This document shows, piece after piece, positions 10,067-19,568 of a stretch of 64,000 nt of DNA; position 1 is the first letter of the stretch; each line of letters opens with the position of its first letter. The notes beneath the pieces are model-generated. The model was not told the DNA's origin and made no database searches. It was given only the letters and a program-made list of their open reading frames with translations. The stretch comes from an uncultured Candidatus Berkelbacteria bacterium (GTDB lineage Bacteria > Patescibacteriota > UBA1384 > UBA12157 > JAENIV01): positions 313,010 to 377,009 of the forward strand of contig OY969116.1 of assembly GCA_963698075.1 (NCBI GenBank). The letters are read 5' to 3'. A program made the translations under genes and the position numbers.

Positions 10067-10885
10067 ATGTCTCTTAATTTTGCTGCCATCACCCCTCATC
10101 CCCCAATAATTATCCCCGGAATCGGTTCTCCGAAAGATTTAGAAAAAGTTGCCTTAACCGTCCAGGCGATGCGTAAATTAGCCAATTCCTTCCGCGAAGC
10201 CGAAATTGAAACATTACTGGTTATATCCCCCCATACTTTAGTCTATCCCGACCGTTTCAATATCGGCGGCATGAAAAAACTTTTTGGCACTTTTGCCCCT
10301 TTCGGGGCACCCGATGTAATGCTGGAATTTCCGAACGACATTGACCTTGCCCGAGAAATTGACGCTCAGGCTAATCAACAAGACATTAAAACCCTACTCT
10401 ATGACAATAGCGGCGAATTTTTTGAACTTGACCATGGAATTATGGTGCCTTTGTATTATCTGACTATGCAACAGGAATCCGCTCTGAAGGTCATCCCTCT
10501 CGCCTATTCCAATTTAGACCGCGCCAAACATTTTGCTTTTGGCCAGATTATTGGCGAGGTTATCAAGAAAAACCCGACGAGGATTGGCATCGTTGCCTCC
10601 GGCGATCTTTCCCATCGTCTAATCCAAGGCGCACCAGGTGGATACTCCGAGGCCGGTAAAAAATTCGATCAGAAATTGGTCGACGATTTAAAAGCTGGCA
10701 ATATTCAAGAAGTCATGTTCTATGACGAAGAATTTGTTGATGATGCTGGCGAATGCGGCTACCGCTCAATCTTGATTTTGTTGGGTATTTTAGATGGACT
10801 TTCTCTTAAGCCCGAGATAGTATCTTATGAAGGTCCTTTTGGCGTCGGTTATTTAGTCGCCAATTACCCACTCAAAAATGACTAA
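10067..10885 (+). CDS. amrB: AmmeMemoRadiSam system protein B (LigB/Memo fold)
   Basis: PHPP, ISPH, LDHG, ASGDLSH, ECG, YEGPFGVGY. Confidence 0.9.
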   Translation: MSLNFAAITPHPPIIIPGIGSPKDLEKVALTVQAMRKLANSFREAEIETLLVISPHTLVYPDRFNIGGMKKLFGTFAPFGAPDVMLEFPNDIDLAREIDAQANQQDIKTLLYDNSGEFFELDHGIMVPLYYLTMQQESALKVIPLAYSNLDRAKHFAFGQIIGEVIKKNPTRIGIVASGDLSHRLIQGAPGGYSEAGKKFDQKLVDDLKAGNIQEVMFYDEEFVDDAGECGYRSILILLGILDGLSLKPEIVSYEGPFGVGYLVANYPLKND

Positions 10886-11408
10886 AATGAACGCTTGTGT
10901 TGATTTGGCTCAAAAAACAATCAAAGACTATTTAATAGATGGTCGAATTTTTGACGCCGATTTGGCCCCAGAGACTTTAAGAAAAAATCGCGCTGGTTGT
11001 TTCGTCTCTTTGCACTTAAAAGATAATAAGGAATTACGCGGATGTATTGGCACGATTTTGCCAACCTGCAAAAATCTCGCTGGTGAAATTATTAACAATG
11101 CTATTTCTGCCTGTCGGGATCCGAGATTTACGCCGGTAACTAAAGAAGAATTGGATAACTTGGATATTTCGGTCGATGTTTTAAGCGATCCAGAACCGAT
11201 TTCTTCGGTTAAATCCCTTGAACCAAAAAAATATGGCGTGATTGTCAAAGCCAAAGACGGCCGTACCGGATTGCTCCTTCCTGATTTAGAAGGAATAGAT
11301 GACGCCGCCTATCAAGTGGCCATTGCTAAACAGAAGGCTGGGATATTACCAGACGAATCGGTATATCTTTACCGTTTTACTGTCGAGAGACATAAGGAAA
11401 TAACTTAA
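10878..11408 (+). CDS. amrA: AmmeMemoRadiSam system protein A (AMMECR1)
   Basis: GCFVSL, LRGCIGT, DPRF, GLLLPDLEG. Confidence 0.93.
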   Translation: MTKMNACVDLAQKTIKDYLIDGRIFDADLAPETLRKNRAGCFVSLHLKDNKELRGCIGTILPTCKNLAGEIINNAISACRDPRFTPVTKEELDNLDISVDVLSDPEPISSVKSLEPKKYGVIVKAKDGRTGLLLPDLEGIDDAAYQVAIAKQKAGILPDESVYLYRFTVERHKEIT

Positions 11409-11423
11409 TTCGAAAGGAGTCCT

Positions 11424-12389
11424 GTGGGAGAAAAACCTTCGTTTAGCCCTGAAGAAAATTATGCTCAATTTAAAGAAACTCAAAGAAAAAAACAAGAACT
11501 AGCTTTGAAAAAAGGTCAATTCGATGCTAGTAATTGGCTGGTTAAACTTTTTCACAAAAGATCATTTGCTAAAGAGTACCAACAAATAGCATCTAAGTCG
11601 GCTCAATTAGAAAAAGAAAGTGAAAGGATGATTGCGGATGCAAAATTTCATATGAGGCAAATACAACAAGAAGCACAGATCGAAGAAATTAAAAGAAATC
11701 CCCAAGTATTAAAAACTTTGGAAGATGATTATTCACGCCTAGACGACAGTGAAAGAGACCGTTTTTTTAATCAAAGAATTCCTATTGCGGTAGCCTTTGC
11801 TCGAGGATATGTTTTGCGAGGAAAAGATTTTTCCAGCGCAGGACTCTTACCAAGTGAGAAGACTAATGGTCATATTGAATTCACTAAGCCATGGAGACCG
11901 GAAGATTTTGAATTAGGTAGATATTCCGGTCCAGAAAGACAACCTGACCAGAACGTCGTCAAGTTGGACGAAAGTGGTAAACTTAGTACGTCAGCATTAA
12001 GAAATGCTCTACTCACATTATTTGAGCCAACGCAAGAACTAATTGCAAAAGACGAAGCTGCAGCCTCAATTAGTCCAACACTATGGAACAGAGAGCTTTT
12101 AAAAATTGTAAATTCTTTGTCTGAATTAAATCGATTTTTAACCTATCTTTCACCTCATTTAGTTGAGACTAGTATAAATTTAGAAGAAGTTTACGAAGGC
12201 AGTAGGCATCTACCAAAGGCGGATCTAGGGAGAATGAATGTTTTACCTTCTAGGTCTTATCAGAACGCAGCGCTTGGTGAATTCTATTATGTTAACACAG
12301 TTTCGGGTATATATACGCTTTATCCGCTTCTAATCGAAAAAATTAAAGAATCCCAAGAATCTAATCCTGACGTATTCTCAAACTCTTAG
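11424..12389 (+). CDS. Hypothetical protein with N-terminal coiled coil
   Basis: 321-aa ORF with AAGGAG RBS; no family recognised. Confidence 0.7.
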   Translation: MGEKPSFSPEENYAQFKETQRKKQELALKKGQFDASNWLVKLFHKRSFAKEYQQIASKSAQLEKESERMIADAKFHMRQIQQEAQIEEIKRNPQVLKTLEDDYSRLDDSERDRFFNQRIPIAVAFARGYVLRGKDFSSAGLLPSEKTNGHIEFTKPWRPEDFELGRYSGPERQPDQNVVKLDESGKLSTSALRNALLTLFEPTQELIAKDEAAASISPTLWNRELLKIVNSLSELNRFLTYLSPHLVETSINLEEVYEGSRHLPKADLGRMNVLPSRSYQNAALGEFYYVNTVSGIYTLYPLLIEKIKESQESNPDVFSNS

Positions 12390-12398
12390 TATGTAACT

Positions 12399-12755
12399 AT
12401 GCAAATAGCTCAAATTGTTCCCAAAGTGAGAACTCAAGATGAGGGTGTTTTTGATTATGCGATACCACCGGCATTATTGCCAATGATAAAAGTTGGTCTC
12501 CTAACCGAAATCCCCTTTCACGGTCGAAAAATTGAAGGGATAATAGTTAAATTAAAATCCAAATCGCATGCGGTACAAATTTCAAATCTCAAATCTATTT
12601 CAAATATTATCGATCCAGTCCCTGCTGTTGATGATACCCATATCAAACTTGCCCAATGGATGACGAATTATTATTTGGAGCCGTTAGGAAAAACTCTCTT
12701 TGAATTTATCGTCCCGCCGGCCAAAAGAACCATTAAAAAACTGGCCCATGAATAA
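12399..12755 (+). CDS. priA: PriA N-terminal 3'-DNA-binding part (split or frameshifted)
   Basis: FDYAIP..L..IKVG...IPFHGRKIEGII...LAQWMTNYY. Confidence 0.8.
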   Translation: MQIAQIVPKVRTQDEGVFDYAIPPALLPMIKVGLLTEIPFHGRKIEGIIVKLKSKSHAVQISNLKSISNIIDPVPAVDDTHIKLAQWMTNYYLEPLGKTLFEFIVPPAKRTIKKLAHE

Positions 12756-14190
12756 AAAATATTTAATTATTGGCGACTTTCAAACGAGATTAAAGTTCTA
12801 TTTGGCGGCTATCCAAAAAACGCTGACTAAAAATCATTCAATAATTATTTTAGTCCCTGATTTATCGCTGATTTCATATTTTACTCGGTATTTCAAAAAT
12901 CCTTATTCAATTCTGCACGCCGGCCTAAAAAAAACCGAGCGTTGGCTCGAATGGAACCGTATTCGCGAAGGAAAAGTAAAAATTATCATTGGTTCACAAT
13001 CAGCTCTTTTTGCGCCGGTAAAAAATTTGGGCTTAATTATCATTGATCAAGAAGAAAATGAAACCTATAAAAACGACCGATCACCAAGATTCCACGCTGT
13101 CCGGGTGGCCGAAGAATTATCTCGCCTCGCCAGGACCAATTTAGTTCTGGGAAGCATCTTGCCGCGTGTCGAAACCTATCATCAAGCGATTAAAGGCAAA
13201 TATCAAATCCTCAAAAAATCGGCCTTAGCTTCCAAGAATATTACCATTGTCGATATGAATTCGGAAAAATATGTTATTTCAAATACCTTGGAAAAAGAAA
13301 TTGAAAATACATTAATTCAAAAACAAAAAATATTATTAGTTCTCAATCGCAAAGGCGAAGGGACAAAATTTTCTTGTACCGATTGCGGTTGGATTGCTCT
13401 TTGTGAAAAATGCGGCCTGCCCTTGATTCCTCAAAGAGCGGAAAATGTTTGTTATCGCTGTGAGAAATCATCTCCCCCGCCTTTATCCTGTCCAAAATGC
13501 CGCGGCGTTCATCTGAAACCAATGGGTTTGGGCACGGCCCGCTTAAAAAAATTTGTAACCGATTTATTCCCGAAGGCAAAAATCATCCAGGTCGAAAAGG
13601 AAAGCGACGGCCGTCTTGTTAGATACAACTGGGATATTGCCATCACGACAATTTACGGGCTCAAATTCAGCTGGCCGAAAATTGGTTTGGTTGGCATAAT
13701 CGACGCTGACCAAGGTTTGAATTTTCCTGATTTTTCGAGCCCTCAAAAAACTTTCCAAAATTTATATAAATTTTTACGAATAGGCGAGAGGGGAATAGTC
13801 CAAACTCATTTGCCAGAAAACTATTGTTTACGGGCTCTGGCAGGCTTAAACTATGAAAGATTTTTCTTAGATGAAATCACCCAAAGACGAAAATTTGCCT
13901 TTCCGCCGTTTAATCGCCTTGTTCGCCTTTTATTCAAAAATGCTGATGAAGAAAAAGCCAAAAAAGAAACAGTGAGAATATACCAATCACTAATCACCAA
14001 TCACTTTCCACTAACCACTATCTCCAGACCACATCCCGCTTTCATTTCCAAAGAACGCGGGAAATATCGCTATCAGATTGTAATAAAAATCTCAAGCCTA
14101 AGATCTAAGTTCTCAAATCAGTTAAAAGATACTTTACGAACTCTTCCCAAGGGCTGGATTATTGACGTCGATCCCGTGAATTTGCTATGA
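12748..14190 (+). CDS. priA: PriA helicase-like/Zn-finger part with degenerate motifs I and II
   Basis: IIGSQSALFAP, LIIIDQEE..YK..RSPRFHA, LNRKG, four CxxC, FPPF, IDVDP. Confidence 0.88.
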   Translation: MNKKYLIIGDFQTRLKFYLAAIQKTLTKNHSIIILVPDLSLISYFTRYFKNPYSILHAGLKKTERWLEWNRIREGKVKIIIGSQSALFAPVKNLGLIIIDQEENETYKNDRSPRFHAVRVAEELSRLARTNLVLGSILPRVETYHQAIKGKYQILKKSALASKNITIVDMNSEKYVISNTLEKEIENTLIQKQKILLVLNRKGEGTKFSCTDCGWIALCEKCGLPLIPQRAENVCYRCEKSSPPPLSCPKCRGVHLKPMGLGTARLKKFVTDLFPKAKIIQVEKESDGRLVRYNWDIAITTIYGLKFSWPKIGLVGIIDADQGLNFPDFSSPQKTFQNLYKFLRIGERGIVQTHLPENYCLRALAGLNYERFFLDEITQRRKFAFPPFNRLVRLLFKNADEEKAKKETVRIYQSLITNHFPLTTISRPHPAFISKERGKYRYQIVIKISSLRSKFSNQLKDTLRTLPKGWIIDVDPVNLL

Positions 14191-14232
14191 TAGTGGCGAC
14201 GATACCCCGCCGAAAGGACGCCAACCACGACC

Positions 14233-14667
14233 ATGAGCAAAGAGTTAATGGTTTTTCTGGCCGGGCTTATTTTCTTACTCATAATCGCGGTTCTATCACT
14301 CCTTCATGGCTATCTGCATTATCGACGCCGAGAGCTTGAACGTCGAGAGTCACAACCAGTCGTCCAAGATGTAATTTCCAGGCTCGTCAACGCCTTATCC
14401 TTTTGGGCCAAGATCCAATTACTCCAACAAACGAAAAGCACCGTCTTCCTTGCCAAAGGTTCAAGTGTTATCTTTCGCTGCCCAAAATCAAGCTGTGATC
14501 ATTGGTGTGAGGGTTTCTACTCCTGTCCTGAGTGCCACCATTATCCTTCCTTTACTTCAAAGGAACGAGACCTTATTACGTTAATCCCCCACAAAACCGC
14601 CGAACTCTCTGCTTTGAAAGAAGCTGTCCACAGAATCAACGCACCCTCCTTAGACATCGGCCTTTAA
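14233..14667 (+). CDS. Hypothetical membrane protein with Cys-rich segment
   Basis: N-terminal TM helix; CPKSSC..WC...CPEC; RBS-like AAAGGA upstream. Confidence 0.6.
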   Translation: MSKELMVFLAGLIFLLIIAVLSLLHGYLHYRRRELERRESQPVVQDVISRLVNALSFWAKIQLLQQTKSTVFLAKGSSVIFRCPKSSCDHWCEGFYSCPECHHYPSFTSKERDLITLIPHKTAELSALKEAVHRINAPSLDIGL

Positions 14668-14756
14668 AGCCATTTGTCGGATCATTCTACCGTAGCAAAA
14701 CGCTACGGTTTTCTGTTATCTTAGGATATGGTAGAATGAACTTAAAGGATGGGAAA

Positions 14757-15926
14757 ATGAGAAAATTAAAGATCGGCATTTTTACCGAATGTTATCATCC
14801 GGTACTCAATGGCGTGGTGGTTTCGATTGAAACTTTTCGTCAAGCCCTTGAAAAACGTGGGTTTGAGTTTTTCATTTTCACCACTCAATGTCCGGGTTAT
14901 CACGAAAAAAATGCCCGCGTCAGGCGATTTAACTCAATGATCCCCTTCCCGTCCAAAGGCGGACGTTATCCGATTGCCTGGCCGCAAATCGCCAGATTGC
15001 AAGCCCCACGCATCGCGCCATCAAATCTTGACCTCATTCACAGCCAGCATCTTTTGGGTATTGGTCATTTAGGTCTAAAAGTTGGCAGAATCCTAAAAAT
15101 TCCGACCATCCTCACTTACCACACCCTCTTGGCTGAATACACCCATTACGCGCCCGGAATAGGGGCAATTTTAAAATGGTATCTAATCCATGCCAGCCGA
15201 GAAATTTCCAACCAATACGATCGAATTGTCACCCCTTCACCATCGATGAAAAGGGTTTTACGTTCCTATGGCGTCAGACGTCCAATTGAACCCATCCCTA
15301 CCGGCGTTAATATTGCTGATTTTCAAAATCATTATTCAAAAGAGGAAATCAGAAAAAAATGGCAAATACCCGAGCACCAAAAAATCCTTCTTTACGTCAG
15401 CCGAATCGCCAAAGAAAAAAATCTTGACTTTCTCTTTGAATCTATTGAACGAATAGCTACCAAGCGTGATGATTTTCATCTTTTGATGGTTGGTGGCGGA
15501 CCAGAGCTTAAATACTATCAAGCAAAAATCCACGAGTGGCATCTGAAACCATTCGTCACTTTTACTGGAATGCAACCCAAAAAAGAAGCTAACCGTTTTT
15601 ATGGCGCGGCGGATATCTTTGTCTTCCCCTCAATCACCGAAACCCAAGGAATTGTGGTCACCGAAGCCATGGCTGCCGGTGTGCCGGCAGTGGCTGTCAA
15701 TCAAATGGGACCAAGCGATATTATCCAAGATGGGATTGACGGCTTTCTTGTGCCCTTGAAAACGGATGAATTTACTGCTAAAATAGAACTTCTGCTTGAC
15801 GATGATAACTTAAGAACCAGGATGGGCCGCGAAGCTCGCCAGAACGCTCGTAAGTTCTCAGTCGAAGCTTGCGCCCAGAAAATGGAAAAAATATATGAAA
15901 GAACCATCGATCATCACCGTTCCTAA
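14757..15926 (+). CDS. Glycosyltransferase family 4 (diacylglycerol glucosyltransferase-like)
   Basis: KIGIFTECYHPVLNGVVVS, TYHT, SRIAKEKN, ETQGIVVTEAMAAG. Confidence 0.9.
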   Translation: MRKLKIGIFTECYHPVLNGVVVSIETFRQALEKRGFEFFIFTTQCPGYHEKNARVRRFNSMIPFPSKGGRYPIAWPQIARLQAPRIAPSNLDLIHSQHLLGIGHLGLKVGRILKIPTILTYHTLLAEYTHYAPGIGAILKWYLIHASREISNQYDRIVTPSPSMKRVLRSYGVRRPIEPIPTGVNIADFQNHYSKEEIRKKWQIPEHQKILLYVSRIAKEKNLDFLFESIERIATKRDDFHLLMVGGGPELKYYQAKIHEWHLKPFVTFTGMQPKKEANRFYGAADIFVFPSITETQGIVVTEAMAAGVPAVAVNQMGPSDIIQDGIDGFLVPLKTDEFTAKIELLLDDDNLRTRMGREARQNARKFSVEACAQKMEKIYERTIDHHRS

Positions 15927-17433
15927 TGAGAAACTTTCCGAGGCGACAAGTAAAGTCACCTCTTTTGTGCAAGATTCTAATGAGCTTAAAAAACAAATCC
16001 GAAATATGGTGGCAATCCTGCGCCAAGAAGGCGGTATTGGTCTGGCTGCTAACCAATTGGGTTATGATAATCAAGTCCTAGCTATTGAATTTAAGGAATC
16101 TGATCAAAAGTCTTCTAAAAAGTCCTCGAAAAAAAATGCGGAAAAGACGGAAATCCCTTTGACAATTTTTGTAAATCCCGAAATTGTCGAATACGGGAAA
16201 ACAATTGAATGCTTTGAAGAGGGATGTCTTTCGGTGCCTAAAATCGAACTTGAAGTTGAGCGGCCGACCCAAATTAAAATTAAATATCAAAACGAAAAAG
16301 GGAAAAAAATCAAAGCCGCCCCCAAAGGTTTGCTCGCCCGCATCCTTCAGCATGAAATTGATCATCTGGGTGGCATCATCTTTACCGAACGTGTCAGAGA
16401 GCAGTTTTTTCAAAAATACCCAGAGTTGAAAAAACTAAAAATCGCATTTTTCGGTAGCGGAGAGTTTGGGGCTATCATTTTAGAAGGTTTAATCTTACTT
16501 GGGCTGAATCTCGATATCTATACGGAAAAATCAAAACCGGCCGGCCGCAGCCAAGTAACTCGCGCGACGCCCGTGGCAGAAGTGGCTAAAAAGTTTGGAA
16601 AAGATTATTTTGAAGTAGAAGCGAGCCAAGTATCCTCAAAAGTAAATCGCGGAGGCGAGCCGCACGGACAAGGGCGAGCCGAGCGTTTAGACCCGATTTC
16701 CTCGCAGGGGAAATCGAGGTCGGTACTTTTGACGGATGCTGGCGAGCGACCATTTGATTCTCTCGTCTGTGTTGATTTTGGTCAAAAAATCCCCGAATCG
16801 ATATTAAAACAAGCCAAAATTGCCGCCCTCAATATTCATCCCTCGCTTTTACCAAAATATATCGGCCCGACACCAATTCAAACGGCGATACTTAATGGCG
16901 ATAAGAAAACTGGCGTGTCAATTATTCAAATGACCGATAAAATTGATCAAGGCCCGCTTTATTCCCAAATTGAAACGGAAATTCTCGAAAACGATACCAC
17001 ACCCCTTCTCCACGACCGCCTCGCCACTTTGGGTCTAAAATTATTAATCAAAACCTTACCCAAAATCGTCCGTGGCGAAATCGAAACTGTCAGTCAGGAT
17101 TTATCCAAAACGATAAGGACGCGCAAATTCACTAAAGCCAATGGTGAAATTGACTGGCGAAAATCCCCCAAAAAAATTGATGCCAAAATCCGCGCCTTTT
17201 CCCCTTGGCCGGGTTCGTATACCCGCCTGCCAGCGCCTGAAGCCGCAGGCAATGGCGGGCAGGCTTTCGTCGATAATAAACGCCTAATTATCCACAAAGC
17301 TCATATTAAAAAAGACAAATTAGTTCTCGACATAGTTCAGAGTGAGGGCAAAAAACCAATGAAATTTTCTGAATTTTTACGCGGCTTTCACGGTCCAAAA
17401 CCGGAGTGGTTTAGGAAAGTATTATTGACATAA
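15895..17433 (+). CDS. def-fmt: Fused peptide deformylase / methionyl-tRNA formyltransferase
   Basis: GIGLAANQ, EGCLS, QHEIDHL (Def) then FFGS.EFG, NIHPSLLPKY.GPTPIQ, IDQG, IRAFSPWPG (Fmt) in one frame. Confidence 0.93.
   Translation: MKEPSIITVPNEKLSEATSKVTSFVQDSNELKKQIRNMVAILRQEGGIGLAANQLGYDNQVLAIEFKESDQKSSKKSSKKNAEKTEIPLTIFVNPEIVEYGKTIECFEEGCLSVPKIELEVERPTQIKIKYQNEKGKKIKAAPKGLLARILQHEIDHLGGIIFTERVREQFFQKYPELKKLKIAFFGSGEFGAIILEGLILLGLNLDIYTEKSKPAGRSQVTRATPVAEVAKKFGKDYFEVEASQVSSKVNRGGEPHGQGRAERLDPISSQGKSRSVLLTDAGERPFDSLVCVDFGQKIPESILKQAKIAALNIHPSLLPKYIGPTPIQTAILNGDKKTGVSIIQMTDKIDQGPLYSQIETEILENDTTPLLHDRLATLGLKLLIKTLPKIVRGEIETVSQDLSKTIRTRKFTKANGEIDWRKSPKKIDAKIRAFSPWPGSYTRLPAPEAAGNGGQAFVDNKRLIIHKAHIKKDKLVLDIVQSEGKKPMKFSEFLRGFHGPKPEWFRKVLLT
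16620..16749. mobile_element. Palindromic MITE-like element, copy 2, in frame inside fmt
   Basis: Same terminal sequences as 9020-9169; translates as ASQVSSKV...LLTDAGER. Confidence 0.7.
17225..17264. repeat. Short palindrome in frame in fmt
   Basis: gcctgcc...ggcaggc; encodes LPAPEAAGNGGQA after the WPG motif. Confidence 0.6.
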
Positions 17434-17461
17434 GATAAAAAGTCCTGTAAAATTTAAATAT

Positions 17462-18019
17462 ATGTTAGCTATCAGACTTCGCCGGCAAGGCAAAAAGGGA
17501 CAACCAAGTTATCGCATTGTCGTGGCCGACCAAAAGGCCCCGATTTTGGGTAAATATATTGAAATGCTCGGCCATTACAATCCTTTCACCAAGGCCATCG
17601 TTTTGGATAACCAAAAAGCCCTGGGCTGGCTCAAAAAAGGTGCCAAACCCTCAAATACAGTGGCGAAATTAATGCAAAAGCAGGGGCTTAAACACAATTC
17701 AATTGTGATCAAAAAATTCCGCGCGGTTTCTAAAGCCGAACTGGAAAAACAAAAAGCCGCGGAAGAAACCAAAAGAGCCGAAGAAGCGGCCAAAAAAGAA
17801 GCTGCCAAGGCGGCCTTCGAAGAACAAGTTGAGAAAGAAAAAGCGGCTGAACCCAAGGAAGATAAACTCCAGGCAATGGCCGAAGAATCAATTAAAGAAG
17901 TGAAAGAAGAAGTCAAACCAGCTGAGAAAAGAAAAAGAAGCGAGCGAAGCGAAGTCCGTCGAAGCCGAAGGCGAAGTGCGGAAAAAGCCGAAAGAAGAAA
18001 AAGGATCTTGATTTATTGA
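17462..18019 (+). CDS. rpsP: 30S ribosomal protein S16 with charged C-terminal extension (possible +1 frameshift near 17928)
   Basis: MLAIRLRRQGKKGQPSYRIVVAD...GHYNP. Confidence 0.96.
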   Translation: MLAIRLRRQGKKGQPSYRIVVADQKAPILGKYIEMLGHYNPFTKAIVLDNQKALGWLKKGAKPSNTVAKLMQKQGLKHNSIVIKKFRAVSKAELEKQKAAEETKRAEEAAKKEAAKAAFEEQVEKEKAAEPKEDKLQAMAEESIKEVKEEVKPAEKRKRSERSEVRRSRRRSAEKAERRKRILIY

Positions 18020-18109
18020 AAGATTTGTGATATATTGATACACTTAAATTGGTAAGTGATAGCAGTCACGGTCGAGCTGCTTAAAAGATACGATCCATCG
18101 GAGCAAATC

Positions 18110-18445
18110 ATGGCAGAACCAGACAAAGAGTTTGTGGAAAATGTTGTTAAAGCGATTGTTGATCATCCGGACGATGTCAAAACCAAAAGATCAGTTGATG
18201 AAATGGGAGTCTTGATTGAACTCACCGTTCATCCTGAAGACATGGGCAAAATCATCGGTAAGGAAGGTCGCACCGCTAAAAGTATCCGCACACTTCTTCG
18301 AGTTTTGGGGGCTAAGAACAATGCTCGCGTTAACCTCAAGATTGTTGAACCCGAGGGTGGACGCGAAGTCAAAGTCCCGGCTGAGGAAAAAAGCGAGAAA
18401 GCGGAAAAACCACTTGAGGAAGGCAAAGCGACCGAAGTGGTTTAA
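18110..18445 (+). CDS. khpA: KH-domain RNA-binding protein
   Basis: VKAIVDHPDDV, DMGKIIGKEGRTAKSIRTLL; between rpsP and trmD. Confidence 0.92.
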   Translation: MAEPDKEFVENVVKAIVDHPDDVKTKRSVDEMGVLIELTVHPEDMGKIIGKEGRTAKSIRTLLRVLGAKNNARVNLKIVEPEGGREVKVPAEEKSEKAEKPLEEGKATEVV

Positions 18446-18541
18446 AACACCCGACTAAATTAAAAAGAAAAATATCGAAAGATCGCCACAATCTTTATAT
18501 TGCTAAATGGCGGTCTTTTGATAAATAATCGTATGAATCGC

Positions 18542-19213
18542 ATGATTTTCCATATAATCACAACCCAACCTTCAATTTATGACTCGTTTCTAAAAACGGG
18601 TCTGGTTGCGCGTGGAATTGATAAAAAGATTATCGATATCAAGATTCAAAATTTATATAAATTTGGTCTTGGTGTTCACAAATCGATTGATGACACCCCT
18701 TACGGCGGTGGCGCCGGGATGATCATTCGCGTCGACGTTATGGATAAGGTCCTGTCGACGCTCAAACGAAAAACGAAAAACGAAAAACGAAAAACTATAT
18801 TATTGACTCCACAGGGAAAGAAGCTCAATCAAAAAATAGCCAAAAGATTAGCTAAAGAAAAAGAGTTAATTTTAATTTCCGGCCGGTTTGAGGGTTATGA
18901 TGAACGAATCCGCCGGCTGGCGGATGAGGAAATTTCTATTGGTGATTATATCTTAACTTCCGGCGATCTACCGGCCATGGTTTTAATTGAGGCGATCTCT
19001 CGCCATGTTTCCGGTTTTATCGAAAAAAAAGAATCGCTCAAATCCGAATCTTTCGAAATGAATCTTTTAGAATATCCCCAATACACGAGACCATTGGAAT
19101 TTAAAGATAAAAGAGTCCCGGAAATTCTTCTTTCCGGTGATCATGCCAAGATTAATAGGTGGCGCGAGATCGAATCTTTGAAACGTACTCATAAAAGACG
19201 ACCTGATTTATAA
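18542..19213 (+). CDS. trmD: tRNA (guanine37-N1)-methyltransferase
   Basis: DDTPYGGGAGM, GRFEGYDER, SIGDYILTSG, EYPQYTRP. Confidence 0.97.
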   Translation: MIFHIITTQPSIYDSFLKTGLVARGIDKKIIDIKIQNLYKFGLGVHKSIDDTPYGGGAGMIIRVDVMDKVLSTLKRKTKNEKRKTILLTPQGKKLNQKIAKRLAKEKELILISGRFEGYDERIRRLADEEISIGDYILTSGDLPAMVLIEAISRHVSGFIEKKESLKSESFEMNLLEYPQYTRPLEFKDKRVPEILLSGDHAKINRWREIESLKRTHKRRPDL

Positions 19214-19283
19214 CTATTTGACAAAAATGGAAATCTGGCGTAAAATATTCATAAGGGACGCTATGCGTTCTTAAAGGAGAAAA

Positions 19284-19568
19284 ATGCCCAATTTGCACGA
19301 GATTATTGCCCAGATTCAAAAAGAGCTTTATTGTCCGGTCTGTGGCAAAAACTACGAAATTGGTGAGATTCACGTCAGGGGTCTCTTCGATCAAACCCTC
19401 ATCATTCAGACCGTCTGCGCCAACGGCCATATGACCCTCTTTATGACCACTCTTCGCGGCAAATCTCAGGCAAAAAATTCAATTTCTTCAGATGATATCC
19501 TTGACATCCATAATACCCTGAAGCAATTTGATGGAGATTTTCAAAGCTTATGGAACAACCAACCTTAA
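19284..19568 (+). CDS. Small hypothetical Zn-ribbon protein
   Basis: CPVC...C..GH; AAGGAG RBS. Confidence 0.7.
   Translation: MPNLHEIIAQIQKELYCPVCGKNYEIGEIHVRGLFDQTLIIQTVCANGHMTLFMTTLRGKSQAKNSISSDDILDIHNTLKQFDGDFQSLWNNQP

Noticed and set aside
14532-14756. N-terminal extension of the GT4 ORF
   Set aside because: Overlaps the upstream gene; family similarity begins at ATG 14757.
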